Below, in pieces: positions 24,600 through 32,000 of a DNA stretch of 32,000 bases. The DNA lies in the NCBI GenBank assembly GCA_001695645.1, contig LVZN01000056.1, forward strand, positions 60,001 to 92,000, read 5' to 3'. This DNA is from Erysipelotrichaceae bacterium MTC7 (GTDB lineage: Bacteria > Bacillota_I > Bacilli_A > Erysipelotrichales > Erysipelotrichaceae). The notes beneath the pieces were generated by a model. That model was not told the DNA's origin and searched no databases. It worked only from the letters and a program-made list of their open reading frames with translations. Both the position numbers and the translations under genes were made by a program. The first letter of the stretch is position 1. Each line of letters opens with the position of its first letter.

Positions 24600-25268
24600 T
24601 TATGTAACAATTTCAATCACTTTTTCAACTGGGTTATTGTAGACCTTCATAAAAATCACTGGTTCTCCACTGATGCGATTCACAATGTTTTCAACCAAAA
24701 TAAGTGGTTCATTCACGCGCACGTTTAACATATGTGCATACTGTGGCGGAACCATCACCGGTTTAAACCGCGAAGTTAAACTTCCTTCACTGTAAAGTTT
24801 GTTGAAATCTTTCCAGTTTGGTAGATTTCTAAGTTCTTCATCACTTAAATTCAAGCGACGAATATAGATTTCTTCAATACACTGTGGTCTTCCTTCTTTA
24901 CTAACAAGTCGAATCATTCGTACCACAGGTTCATCATCATTGATCCGCAAAGCGGTTTGGACATCATCTCCACTACTCGCTTTCACATCAAAGTAAATAA
25001 TCTTATAGGTAAGTTGTTCAATATCATCAGTTGCTGTTAACGTATTCTTCTTGTGAAGGGTACTATCTGCGACGAAAGTTCCACGATTACTTTCACGATA
25101 AAGATATCCCTCATCCACCAACGCTTCTACTGCTTTTCGCACAGTCATTCGACTTGCATCAAACCGTTTTGTAAGGTCTCTTTCACTTGGTATTGGTGAA
25201 TTGGGTGGTAGATCTTTAATCATTTCAAGCATTTCTTGTTGGATTTTCTTATATACTGGAACATCCAT
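24600..25268 (-). CDS. GntR-family (HutC subfamily, UTRA domain) transcriptional regulator
   Basis: The winged HTH is PSERDLTKRFDASRMTVRKAVEALVDEGYL. It is followed by a ~140-aa UTRA-like effector domain. Confidence 0.9.
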   Translation of the reverse strand: MDVPVYKKIQQEMLEMIKDLPPNSPIPSERDLTKRFDASRMTVRKAVEALVDEGYLYRESNRGTFVADSTLHKKNTLTATDDIEQLTYKIIYFDVKASSGDDVQTALRINDDEPVVRMIRLVSKEGRPQCIEEIYIRRLNLSDEELRNLPNWKDFNKLYSEGSLTSRFKPVMVPPQYAHMLNVRVNEPLILVENIVNRISGEPVIFMKVYNNPVEKVIEIVT

Positions 25269-25297
25269 GCCTGTCCCCCCCTTTCATTGAAAAATTG

Positions 25298-26386
25298 CTA
25301 TTCCATGAAACCGAATGGTCTCCAAGGTTCAATGTAATCCAATAACATCATTTCATTGTCTGGAATGCGCCCGATGACGTTTTTACGTCCATCGTTTGGC
25401 ATATCCTTTAATACAATGTGAAGTTCGCCTTTGTAGCGTGAATAGTTGTCATTTACCACAATCACATCACCACGACGTAAGTCGCGTGTGTTTTCTGGTG
25501 GAACACTTTCACTTGCATAAGTCACACGTGGGAACGTTGAACGTGCCATGTATTCACTCATATCTCCACGAACATAGTGTTCGTGTTCAAAGATTACTTT
25601 TCTCTCCGTTGGATGCAATTCTTTTTCATAATCAATTTTAAACGTTAATAAACCCGGATTGATTTTAGCACATGTTTCTAACTCTTCACGTGTTGCAAAT
25701 TGGTTTCCAATGATCACATCATCAATCATACCTGTTGCAACCAAATGACGCATTTGTACATCAATTGGTAAATCACGGTGAAGTTCTAATGTACATAGAC
25801 CTTCATTTACCGGCCATGGACCAAAGCTATCTTCTGCTTGACTAGAAACAAAAGCTGCGATTTTAAGTCCGTGTTTCTTTATCATATTATTACATAAATC
25901 AAAGTGTTTTTCACTTAAACCTGTATATCTTTGTGGATAAAAATTGTGACAAGTAATCATTTTATCCTTGTCTGGATAATGCGAGATAATATTGTCAATG
26001 TAACCATTTCCAAAACTTGCATTAATTTCAATTTTTAGACCTTCTTTATTATAGGTCATCAAGCTTTCTTTTTGCCCACCAAATCCTTCATCTAAACGAA
26101 TTCCATCAGCGTGCATATCTTTGAAAAATGATAAATCATCATAACTCACACCCAATTTGTCAAAGACAAATGGAGCTACATCTAAGATCACTTCCATATG
26201 TAAGGTATGTGCATAATCAATCATTTCTCTAAATTCTTCTAAGATTTCTTGTTTTGTTCTTCCTTCAACACTTAGTAAACAAGTGAAGATTCTTGTAAAC
26301 CCACACTCTGCTGCTTCTTTAATGTAGGCTTTATTTTTCTCTAATGGTGCATGTTCTGGATAAACCGATATTCCTAATCTTGCCAT
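25298..26386 (-). CDS. DUF871 / MupG-like 6-phospho-glycosidase
   Basis: 362 aa. LGISVYPEH, FTCLL, DV.P, GIRLD.GF and HNFYP..YTGL fit the DUF871 pattern. The family includes S. aureus MupG, a 6-phospho-N-acetylmuramidase. Confidence 0.8.
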   Translation of the reverse strand: MARLGISVYPEHAPLEKNKAYIKEAAECGFTRIFTCLLSVEGRTKQEILEEFREMIDYAHTLHMEVILDVAPFVFDKLGVSYDDLSFFKDMHADGIRLDEGFGGQKESLMTYNKEGLKIEINASFGNGYIDNIISHYPDKDKMITCHNFYPQRYTGLSEKHFDLCNNMIKKHGLKIAAFVSSQAEDSFGPWPVNEGLCTLELHRDLPIDVQMRHLVATGMIDDVIIGNQFATREELETCAKINPGLLTFKIDYEKELHPTERKVIFEHEHYVRGDMSEYMARSTFPRVTYASESVPPENTRDLRRGDVIVVNDNYSRYKGELHIVLKDMPNDGRKNVIGRIPDNEMMLLDYIEPWRPFGFME

Positions 26387-26426
26387 TTGTTTTCCCTTTC
26401 TCTTAAAAAAAGAATAGTGTTAACCA

Positions 26427-26873
26427 CTATTCTTGACTATCAACTAAGGCTTGAAGTTGGTTTAACATAAGATTCATCTTCTTTTTACTTGAACGTGCGT
26501 ATAACTTACTCATTAAACTAAAGTTCAAGTTTTTACTGGTTTTGTCTGAAACAAAATCTTCTGAATATGTAATGCCAAAAAGATCGTCATCTTCATCTTC
26601 TAGATGATAAGAAACCGTATTGACTCCTTGTGCACTATAAAACTTTGCAACGTACACTTCATTTGGTACAAGCTGGGCAAGTTCTACTTTCACGCGTCCT
26701 GCTTTCCCCATCTTTGTTTGCAGTTTTTTATAGTATGTAAAACCCGGATGCAAATCTGTTTCTGTGTATACCTTGCCATCTTCACTATTTGCATTGATAT
26801 CTGCTAAAACAGACTCAATAAAAATATGATAGCAAGTTTCTTTTTTTCCCCGTAGTAATTTAGTTATTTCCAT
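26427..26873 (-). CDS. DUF3284-like protein
   Basis: 148 aa. GFTYYKKL....G.VKV.......Y.A.F.S..G.NTVSY......G..ITY.E and a basic C-terminal helix fit DUF3284 as I recall it. PTS-operon context is typical for the family. Confidence 0.7.
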   Translation of the reverse strand: MEITKLLRGKKETCYHIFIESVLADINANSEDGKVYTETDLHPGFTYYKKLQTKMGKAGRVKVELAQLVPNEVYVAKFYSAQGVNTVSYHLEDEDDDLFGITYSEDFVSDKTSKNLNFSLMSKLYARSSKKKMNLMLNQLQALVDSQE

Positions 26874-27031
26874 TATTTGTCCTTCTTTCTATTACGAAAC
26901 AATTGAAAGGCACCAAATGCTGTTACCGTCAATCCGCTAACTAACATTGGAATACTATTCCCCATCAATGGATAAAAACAAATAAGTAAGCAACCAAACC
27001 CCATGAGTACTAATGCATTTTCTTTCTTCAT
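26873..27031 (-). CDS. 52-aa membrane protein (unlisted small ORF)
   Basis: MKKENALVLMGFGCLLICFYPLMGNSIPMLVSGLTVTAFGAFQLFRNRKKDK. AGGTGG SD lies 5 nt upstream. The stop overlaps the DUF3284 start (TAATG). It has two hydrophobic spans. Confidence 0.5.
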   Translation of the reverse strand: MKKENALVLMGFGCLLICFYPLMGNSIPMLVSGLTVTAFGAFQLFRNRKKDK

Positions 27032-27060
27032 GTTTACCACCTAACTTCTTCCATTATATA

Positions 27061-27276
27061 CTATGCAACGGTAACTGAAAAGTATAAAACTGCTCCAATC
27101 TCTGTAGCTTTAATTGCAGCTTTCGCTGTTGCAATTGCATCATCCATGTCATCTGTATCTACTGAGAAGAATAAGTTAATACCTTCTTTTTTTTCAAATT
27201 TATAGTTGTATTTATCAATTCCTTCAACAATTTCTGTAACATAGTCTTGTTTCATCGGACACGAAATTTTAATCAT
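27061..27276 (-). CDS. 71-aa hypothetical cytosolic protein
   Basis: MIKISCPMKQDYVTEIVEGIDKYNYKFEKKEGINLFFSVDTDDMDDAIATAKAAIKATEIGAVLYFSVTVA. I chose the ATG at 27276, 6 nt after AAGGAG. I do not recognise the family. Confidence 0.6.
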   Translation of the reverse strand: MIKISCPMKQDYVTEIVEGIDKYNYKFEKKEGINLFFSVDTDDMDDAIATAKAAIKATEIGAVLYFSVTVA

Positions 27277-27286
27277 AAAAAACTCC

Positions 27287-27598
27287 TTATTTATCAAATC
27301 TTTTGTAAACATCGATGAACTCATTTGCTAAGATCTTGAATGCTTCTGCACTCATCAGTTGATCTTCAGCATGAAGCAATAACAAAGTAACTTTGTCTAG
27401 TTCACCACTTGCTTCTTGTTGAATCAATTTTGCATGTGCATGGTGTCCCTCTGTAAAGAATTTTTCCCCTTCACTAATTGATTCCTGTGCTTTTTCATAA
27501 TCTCCAGCTTTGGCGTGTTGAATCGCTTCAATGAAGCAACTTCTTGCGCCTCCAACATTAGAGATAATTTGAAAACAAACTAATTCTAAACCTTCCAT
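27287..27598 (-). CDS. PTS lactose/cellobiose-family EIIA component
   Basis: 103 aa. II...G.ARS...EA, the phospho-His region FTEGHHAHAKLIQ, and LLLLHAEDQLM match EIIA. Confidence 0.9.
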   Translation of the reverse strand: MEGLELVCFQIISNVGGARSCFIEAIQHAKAGDYEKAQESISEGEKFFTEGHHAHAKLIQQEASGELDKVTLLLLHAEDQLMSAEAFKILANEFIDVYKRFDK

Positions 27599-27623
27599 GT
27601 CTAACCTCCTAAAATTAGTGCAA

Positions 27624-27645
27624 AAGGAGGATGGTTATCCTCCTT
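27624..27645 (-). other. strong intercistronic stem-loop between the IIC and IIA genes
   Basis: AAGGAGGAT-loop4-ATCCTCCTT, a 9-bp perfect stem. No adjacent U-tract follows on the minus strand (TTGCACTAATTTT), so it is more likely a processing or stability element than a full terminator. Confidence 0.4.
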
Positions 27646-27658
27646 ATGTTGCAACCTA

Positions 27659-29071
27659 CTATTCTGTTTCAGTATCTGCTAGGTCAACTTTGTTACCGAT
27701 CATAACAAAGACTCCCCAAAGGACAACCGCGATTGCCAGGTTGATTGCTGCTAAGATACCAGCTGCGATACTACCACCAGTTGCAAGTACTGCATAAACT
27801 ACTGGAGGCATAATCCAAGGTACTGGTACGTATACAGGTGGAACGATTCCAGCTGCTGTTGCTGCATAAGCAATAATTGTTAAGACAATTGGTACTAATA
27901 ACCAAGGAATAAAGTAAATTGGGTTAAGTACAATTGGCATACCAAACACAACAGGTTCGTTAATGTTGAAAACTCCCATTGGTGCTGATAATGCAGCGAT
28001 TGTTTTCGATTCTTGTTTTTTAGAGAAGATGAAGATTGCAATAATTAATGCGATCGTACATCCAGCTCCACCCATCCAAACGTAAGCGTCAAATGATCCA
28101 CGAGTCCACATGTATTTCATTGTTTCCCCAGCTGCATAAGCTACGTTGTTTTCATTTGTTGCTGTTAAGTAAACACCATCTAATACTGGTGCAAGTACGT
28201 TAGTACCGTGGATTCCAAAGAACCAGAACAATTGAACTGCGATTACGACAATAATAACTGCTCCAAATCCTTGAGATAATGCTAAGAATGGTGCTTGAAC
28301 GTATTCAAAGATTAAGTCTCCAATTGAAGATCCAGTCCATAAGCTTACTAGGTAAGCTGCAATACCAGCTACATAAATAGCGATTAAACCAGGAATGATT
28401 GATGCGAATGCTTTTGATACAGCAGGTGGCACTGAGTCAGGTAATTTAATTGTAATTTTAGCTAACATTAATTTACAGTAGATAACTCCTGTAATAAGTC
28501 CCACGATCAATGCTGTAAATAATCCACCAGCGTTTAGGTATGCCCAGTTAAGGTTTCCCCAAGCTCCGATTCCAGAAATAACAGTTCCACCAGAAGCACT
28601 ATCACCAAGTGTTAATCCGATTGTTTTAAATGCTTCTAATGCATCAGCTCCTAAAACTGTTTCCCCTAAGTCGATTGCTGCAAATGCAGATTGTGGTGTA
28701 ACGGTAATAAATGCTGCAAAAGCAACAACCCCACCAGCTAATGCTGGAACTTTGTATACTTTCGCAAGTTGGTAACCAAGAGCAAATACGAATACCATTG
28801 ATAAGATTGCTAATGTACCCCACCATACGTTTCCGTTTACTCCAATAATTCCAGACACGAATGTGCTGCTTGTGAAACTGTTTCCTGCTCCCCACCATTC
28901 GTTAGGTAGGTCACGGAAAAATACGTTTAACAATGTTGCAAATGCTCCTGCCATGGTAATTGGCATGATTGCGATGAACGCGTCACGAATTGCAACTAAA
29001 TGTTTTTGCGAACCAATTTTCGCTGCTACAGGAACAAAGTGTTGTTCCATCCAGTTTGTAAATCCTTTCAT
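27659..29071 (-). CDS. PTS lactose/cellobiose-family EIIC permease
   Basis: 470 aa and polytopic. The N-terminus ME.HF.PVAAKIG.QKHL.AIRDAF is characteristic of CelB/LicC-type EIIC. Confidence 0.95.
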   Translation of the reverse strand: MKGFTNWMEQHFVPVAAKIGSQKHLVAIRDAFIAIMPITMAGAFATLLNVFFRDLPNEWWGAGNSFTSSTFVSGIIGVNGNVWWGTLAILSMVFVFALGYQLAKVYKVPALAGGVVAFAAFITVTPQSAFAAIDLGETVLGADALEAFKTIGLTLGDSASGGTVISGIGAWGNLNWAYLNAGGLFTALIVGLITGVIYCKLMLAKITIKLPDSVPPAVSKAFASIIPGLIAIYVAGIAAYLVSLWTGSSIGDLIFEYVQAPFLALSQGFGAVIIVVIAVQLFWFFGIHGTNVLAPVLDGVYLTATNENNVAYAAGETMKYMWTRGSFDAYVWMGGAGCTIALIIAIFIFSKKQESKTIAALSAPMGVFNINEPVVFGMPIVLNPIYFIPWLLVPIVLTIIAYAATAAGIVPPVYVPVPWIMPPVVYAVLATGGSIAAGILAAINLAIAVVLWGVFVMIGNKVDLADTETE

Positions 29072-29166
29072 GTTCTCTCCTTTTTAATGAATCAAATACT
29101 ATGTAATAAATCAATCTTCGTTTTTTTCTTCACTTTATCAAGAATGATTTTATTACCAAATCTAAA

Positions 29167-29469
29167 CTACTTAAGTAAAGCTAAAGCGCTTTCAAGGACT
29201 TTTTTACCGTCCATTCTTCCATACGCTGCCATATCGATAACCATTACTGGTTTCTCGTTATTTACGCGTTCTTTCATTTTTGCTTCTAAGTAACGAACTT
29301 GAGGTCCTAAACAGATCACATCCGCTTTCTTAATTGCGTCTTCACTGTCAGCATCCCCTACAGCCCAAATGTTTGCTTCCACATTCATTTCGGTTGCTGC
29401 TTCTTGCATCTTTTTCACAAGAGCACTCGTTGACATTCCTGCCGTACAAACTAGCAAAATATTAGTCAT
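29167..29469 (-). CDS. PTS lactose/cellobiose-family EIIB component
   Basis: MTNILLVCTAGMSTSALVKKM carries the active-site Cys in LLVCxxGMSTS. I chose the ATG at 29469 after AAAGGGGA. The ORF-track start at 29712 runs through the promoter and terminator. Confidence 0.9.
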   Translation of the reverse strand: MTNILLVCTAGMSTSALVKKMQEAATEMNVEANIWAVGDADSEDAIKKADVICLGPQVRYLEAKMKERVNNEKPVMVIDMAAYGRMDGKKVLESALALLK

Positions 29470-29484
29470 ATGCTTCCCCTTTCT

Positions 29485-29496
29485 TGGTATATACCA
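29485..29496. promoter_or_regulatory. 12-bp perfect palindrome TGGTATATACCA (candidate GntR/HutC operator)
   Basis: It is a perfect dyad between the -10 element and the SD of the PTS operon. A half-site copy, TGGTATAg, overlaps the -10. Confidence 0.45.
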
Positions 29497-29509
29497 CCTC
29501 TTTACACTT

Positions 29510-29537
29510 ACTATACCATACAATTCCCATATTTCAA
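29510..29537 (-). promoter_or_regulatory. sigma-A type promoter of the PTS operon
   Basis: On the minus strand: TTGAAA (29537..29532), a 16-nt spacer, then an extended -10 TGgTATAGT (29518..29510). Confidence 0.55.
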
Positions 29538-29650
29538 GTATAGTTCGCATTTTTTTTACATATTCATTGTAATGCATAGGTGATTCCCTTGTCGCCTCAG
29601 ACGCATAAAAAATATATGTCGTATATCTTTTATGATATATAAAAATAAAA

Positions 29651-29668
29651 AACCCTTTATTTAAGGGC
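29651..29668 (-). terminator. weak terminator after the DUF885 gene
   Basis: CCCTT-loop5-AAGGG, a 5-6 bp stem containing the stop codon. On the minus strand it is followed by TTTTTTATTTTT. Confidence 0.4.
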
Positions 29669-31366
29669 TTTTTCAACATAAGATTCAACAATTGAAAATG
29701 GTGCAGGACCAATATTTAAAATTGCTTCATGGAATTTTTTAGCATCAACATCATCATAAGCTTCTGCTAAATCGATAAATTTCTGTCCACCAACGTAATA
29801 TTCAGCAAAGATTCCTGGTGTAACTGCTAATGTTGTATAGATTTCATTTGTATCACCAAACATCGATAGATACTGTTGCAAATCCGCTTGTGTTTGTCCA
29901 TCGTAATTGATCATCAAATCAATCATCAACAACAACGCGTAATTTAAACGCTCCATACTATCGTTCGCTTTAGCAACTTCCGGTTTTAAGGCATACTTTG
30001 TTGTATAGTATTGCACATAGTTTGCCCAACCTTCTGTATAGCCACTGTAATCCATAAGTGAACGGATTAACGGTTGTTCTTGTTCTTTGTAATATTGCTT
30101 TTGGTACATATGTCCTGGATAACCTTCATGGGCGATGGTCGAATAGTCATCTTCCGTAAAGTCGCCATTTAGAATCATCTTTTCTTTTGTATGTTCTTCA
30201 TCAATCGGACTTGTAAAATACGCAGCTGCCGTATTCCCTAAAATCTTACGCATCGACTCTGGCACGATTTCCATTTCGTAATCTAAATCGCGAACCGCTG
30301 GAAAATCATCTTTTGTATCTTTGCTTAACTCCTCCAGTACTTTATTTGGATCGGTTTGTTTTGTATACACACCTGAACTTTCCATTTCCAAAGAATTGCT
30401 ATCCTGCATTTCATTCAAGTAACGTGTATACATATCTTGCAAGTATGTTCGATACGTTTCAATATCCATACCTGTTGTTCCTTCAATTTGAATTGCGTAT
30501 AATTCGCGTCCATTTGCGTATTGAGACATGCCTTCATCAACCGCTTTTACTTGAAGGTTTGCCAAACCTGTTGCCAAGTTGGTATATGCAGTTTGTAAGG
30601 CACCATCAACTAGTGCACTATTTTGCTCAATATATGCTTCTATATCAGCTTTTGATAGGTTCTTAACATTTGCAATTCCCTTTTTGAATGAATCTTTCAG
30701 GAAACTATGATCTCCACTTACATAGGTATCAACAACTTCTTTGGTTTTGGCAATGTGCATTGGTTGCATACCAAATCCTTTATCTTGACGTTCTTGTTCA
30801 AATGCGACCAATGATTGAAAATACGCATCTGTTGTTTCTAACAAATGGAGATAACTTTTGATGTCTTGTTCATCTCTAAATGTGTAGAAATAGAAATTAA
30901 ACGGAATATTCCCCGGAGCTCCGCGATTGTAATCCAAATCATTGTTCATCAAGTAATACAAATCTTCAACTGGAATGCTATCGTCTGGTTGATAAGCATC
31001 AAGTAATACATCGTATGTTAGTTGTTGTTTTTCACTTAACGAGTCACGATCAAAAGCTTTAATCTTGGCATAGATTTCATTTCCTTGGTTGATACTCTCT
31101 TCGAAGTCTTCATAACTTACGAGTTTTTGTTCGTAAAGAGTCTCTTTACTGTAACCAAATGCCTCCTTATCAGCAAGAAAGTAATTTAAACTGTAATCTG
31201 TTTCATCGAATACTTCACCAATTAATGAATCAACGTAGTTTGTAAACTCTTTGTTTTCATTCTTATCTGATAGAGCTGTTGCTGGTTTGCTTTCTTTGTT
31301 GCTTGAACAAGCAACAAGACCCATTGCTAAGACACACACCAATAATACTTTAACTAATTTTTTCAT
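29657..31366 (-). CDS. DUF885-family lipoprotein (metallopeptidase-like HExxxH-type motif)
   Basis: MKKLVKVLLVCVLAMGLVAC-SS gives a signal peptide plus a lipobox. HEGYPGHMYQ is the conserved DUF885 motif. Confidence 0.85.
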   Translation of the reverse strand: MKKLVKVLLVCVLAMGLVACSSNKESKPATALSDKNENKEFTNYVDSLIGEVFDETDYSLNYFLADKEAFGYSKETLYEQKLVSYEDFEESINQGNEIYAKIKAFDRDSLSEKQQLTYDVLLDAYQPDDSIPVEDLYYLMNNDLDYNRGAPGNIPFNFYFYTFRDEQDIKSYLHLLETTDAYFQSLVAFEQERQDKGFGMQPMHIAKTKEVVDTYVSGDHSFLKDSFKKGIANVKNLSKADIEAYIEQNSALVDGALQTAYTNLATGLANLQVKAVDEGMSQYANGRELYAIQIEGTTGMDIETYRTYLQDMYTRYLNEMQDSNSLEMESSGVYTKQTDPNKVLEELSKDTKDDFPAVRDLDYEMEIVPESMRKILGNTAAAYFTSPIDEEHTKEKMILNGDFTEDDYSTIAHEGYPGHMYQKQYYKEQEQPLIRSLMDYSGYTEGWANYVQYYTTKYALKPEVAKANDSMERLNYALLLMIDLMINYDGQTQADLQQYLSMFGDTNEIYTTLAVTPGIFAEYYVGGQKFIDLAEAYDDVDAKKFHEAILNIGPAPFSIVESYVEKALK

Positions 31367-31378
31367 GTTTTTTCCCTC

Positions 31379-32000
31379 TTATAAATGTTTTAAGAAATTA
31401 CCACTTACACTCAATCCTTCAGAGAAGATAATAAATGCATGGCGATCTATTTTTTTGATTTGGTGTCTTAAGAAATGCACTTCATCTTTACTAACCGCAG
31501 TCATTAAGACAAACGTTTCTTTTTCAGTATAACCACCAATTCCTTTCCAATAAGTTACTCCACGATGCAAATCGTTGGTGATAAACTCAACAATTTCTTT
31601 GTTTCTGGTAAATATCATCGCTGTCATGTTGATGTTTTGGTAATGTACTTTATCAATTACAAACGTGGAAACGACAAGATAAATCATTGAGTAAATCGCT
31701 GTTTCAATATTGAATAACATCGCACATACGATAAACAAACACGTATTCACAATCAATGATAAACGCCCCACACTAAAGTTAGGATACTTTTGTGACAAAT
31801 ACACCCCAACAATATCAAGCCCACCACTGGATCCGTGTGCACGTAACATAATCCCGGTTCCACAACCGGCGATAAAACCACCAGCTAAACATGATGCTAA
31901 CGTATCTTGGACAACCGGGATGCTTGGTACCGGAATCAAAGATAAAAAGGTTGTTTGTACAGCAATACAAAGCAGTGTCAAAGAAAAGAAACGCTTGGAC
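31379..32000 (-). CDS. YitT-family membrane protein with C-terminal DUF2179 domain, N-terminus outside window
   Basis: GSSGGLDIVG, several TM spans, then the C-terminal DUF2179-like segment (TAMIFTRN...RGVTYWKGIGGYT...VLMTAVSKDEV). The reading frame stays open upstream of the ORF-track TTG at 31981 to the window edge. Confidence 0.85.
   Translation of the reverse strand, partial: SKRFFSLTLLCIAVQTTFLSLIPVPSIPVVQDTLASCLAGGFIAGCGTGIMLRAHGSSGGLDIVGVYLSQKYPNFSVGRLSLIVNTCLFIVCAMLFNIETAIYSMIYLVVSTFVIDKVHYQNINMTAMIFTRNKEIVEFITNDLHRGVTYWKGIGGYTEKETFVLMTAVSKDEVHFLRHQIKKIDRHAFIIFSEGLSVSGNFLKHL

Noticed and set aside
1-32000. Looked for CRISPR arrays, IS elements and transposases, integrases, prophage genes, toxin-antitoxin pairs and recognisable phage-defence genes.
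   Set aside because: I saw no regularly spaced direct repeats, no terminal inverted repeats flanking a transposase-like ORF, and no ORF with recombinase, nuclease-helicase or TA-like motifs. The tRNA-His gene has no adjacent integrase or duplicated 3' end.

Overview
This window looks like a chromosomal segment from a low-GC Gram-positive (Bacillota-like) organism. The signs are a T-box leader, lipobox lipoproteins and strong AGGAGG-type SD sites. It is about 90% coding and almost every gene is on the minus strand. I saw no rRNA, CRISPR array, transposase or integrase.

In minus-strand transcription order (high to low coordinates) the window holds:
- a YitT-family membrane protein (5' end outside the window) and a DUF885 lipoprotein;
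- a Lac/cellobiose-family PTS operon: IIB, IIC, IIA, a 71-aa ORF, a 52-aa membrane ORF, DUF3284, a DUF871/MupG-like enzyme and a GntR/HutC regulator;
- a terminator-bounded five-gene peptidase-containing ABC transporter (PCAT) locus;
- a complete histidine operon, hisZGDCBHAFIE plus PHP histidinol phosphatase plus a Cof-type HAD, behind a consensus promoter and a His (CAC) T-box;
- housekeeping or accessory genes: RlmI-like methyltransferase (+), lipoprotein, GNAT, aldo-keto reductase (+), nitroreductase (+) and a long U32 peptidase;
- an ankyrin-repeat gene coupled to an EF-G-like GTPase gene, then a membrane protein and tRNA-His(GTG);
- a stand-alone LytTR regulator overlapping a membrane-protein gene.

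The best candidate for an undescribed system is the PCAT locus at 20098..24514. It contains a 57-aa two-TM protein, an exporter with an apparently active C39 peptidase domain, a GyrI/SbmC-like protein wedged between the exporter and its HlyD adaptor, and a 111-aa cationic, Trp/Tyr-rich protein. That last protein has a small-xxx-small zipper core and no canonical double-glycine leader.

Secondary leads are the ankyrin/EF-G-like pair with an upstream sORF-plus-terminator leader, the PTS operon whose only glycosidase candidate is DUF871, and 21-bp-phased direct repeats upstream of the LytTR operon.

All family assignments come from motif recognition by eye. No database search was run.
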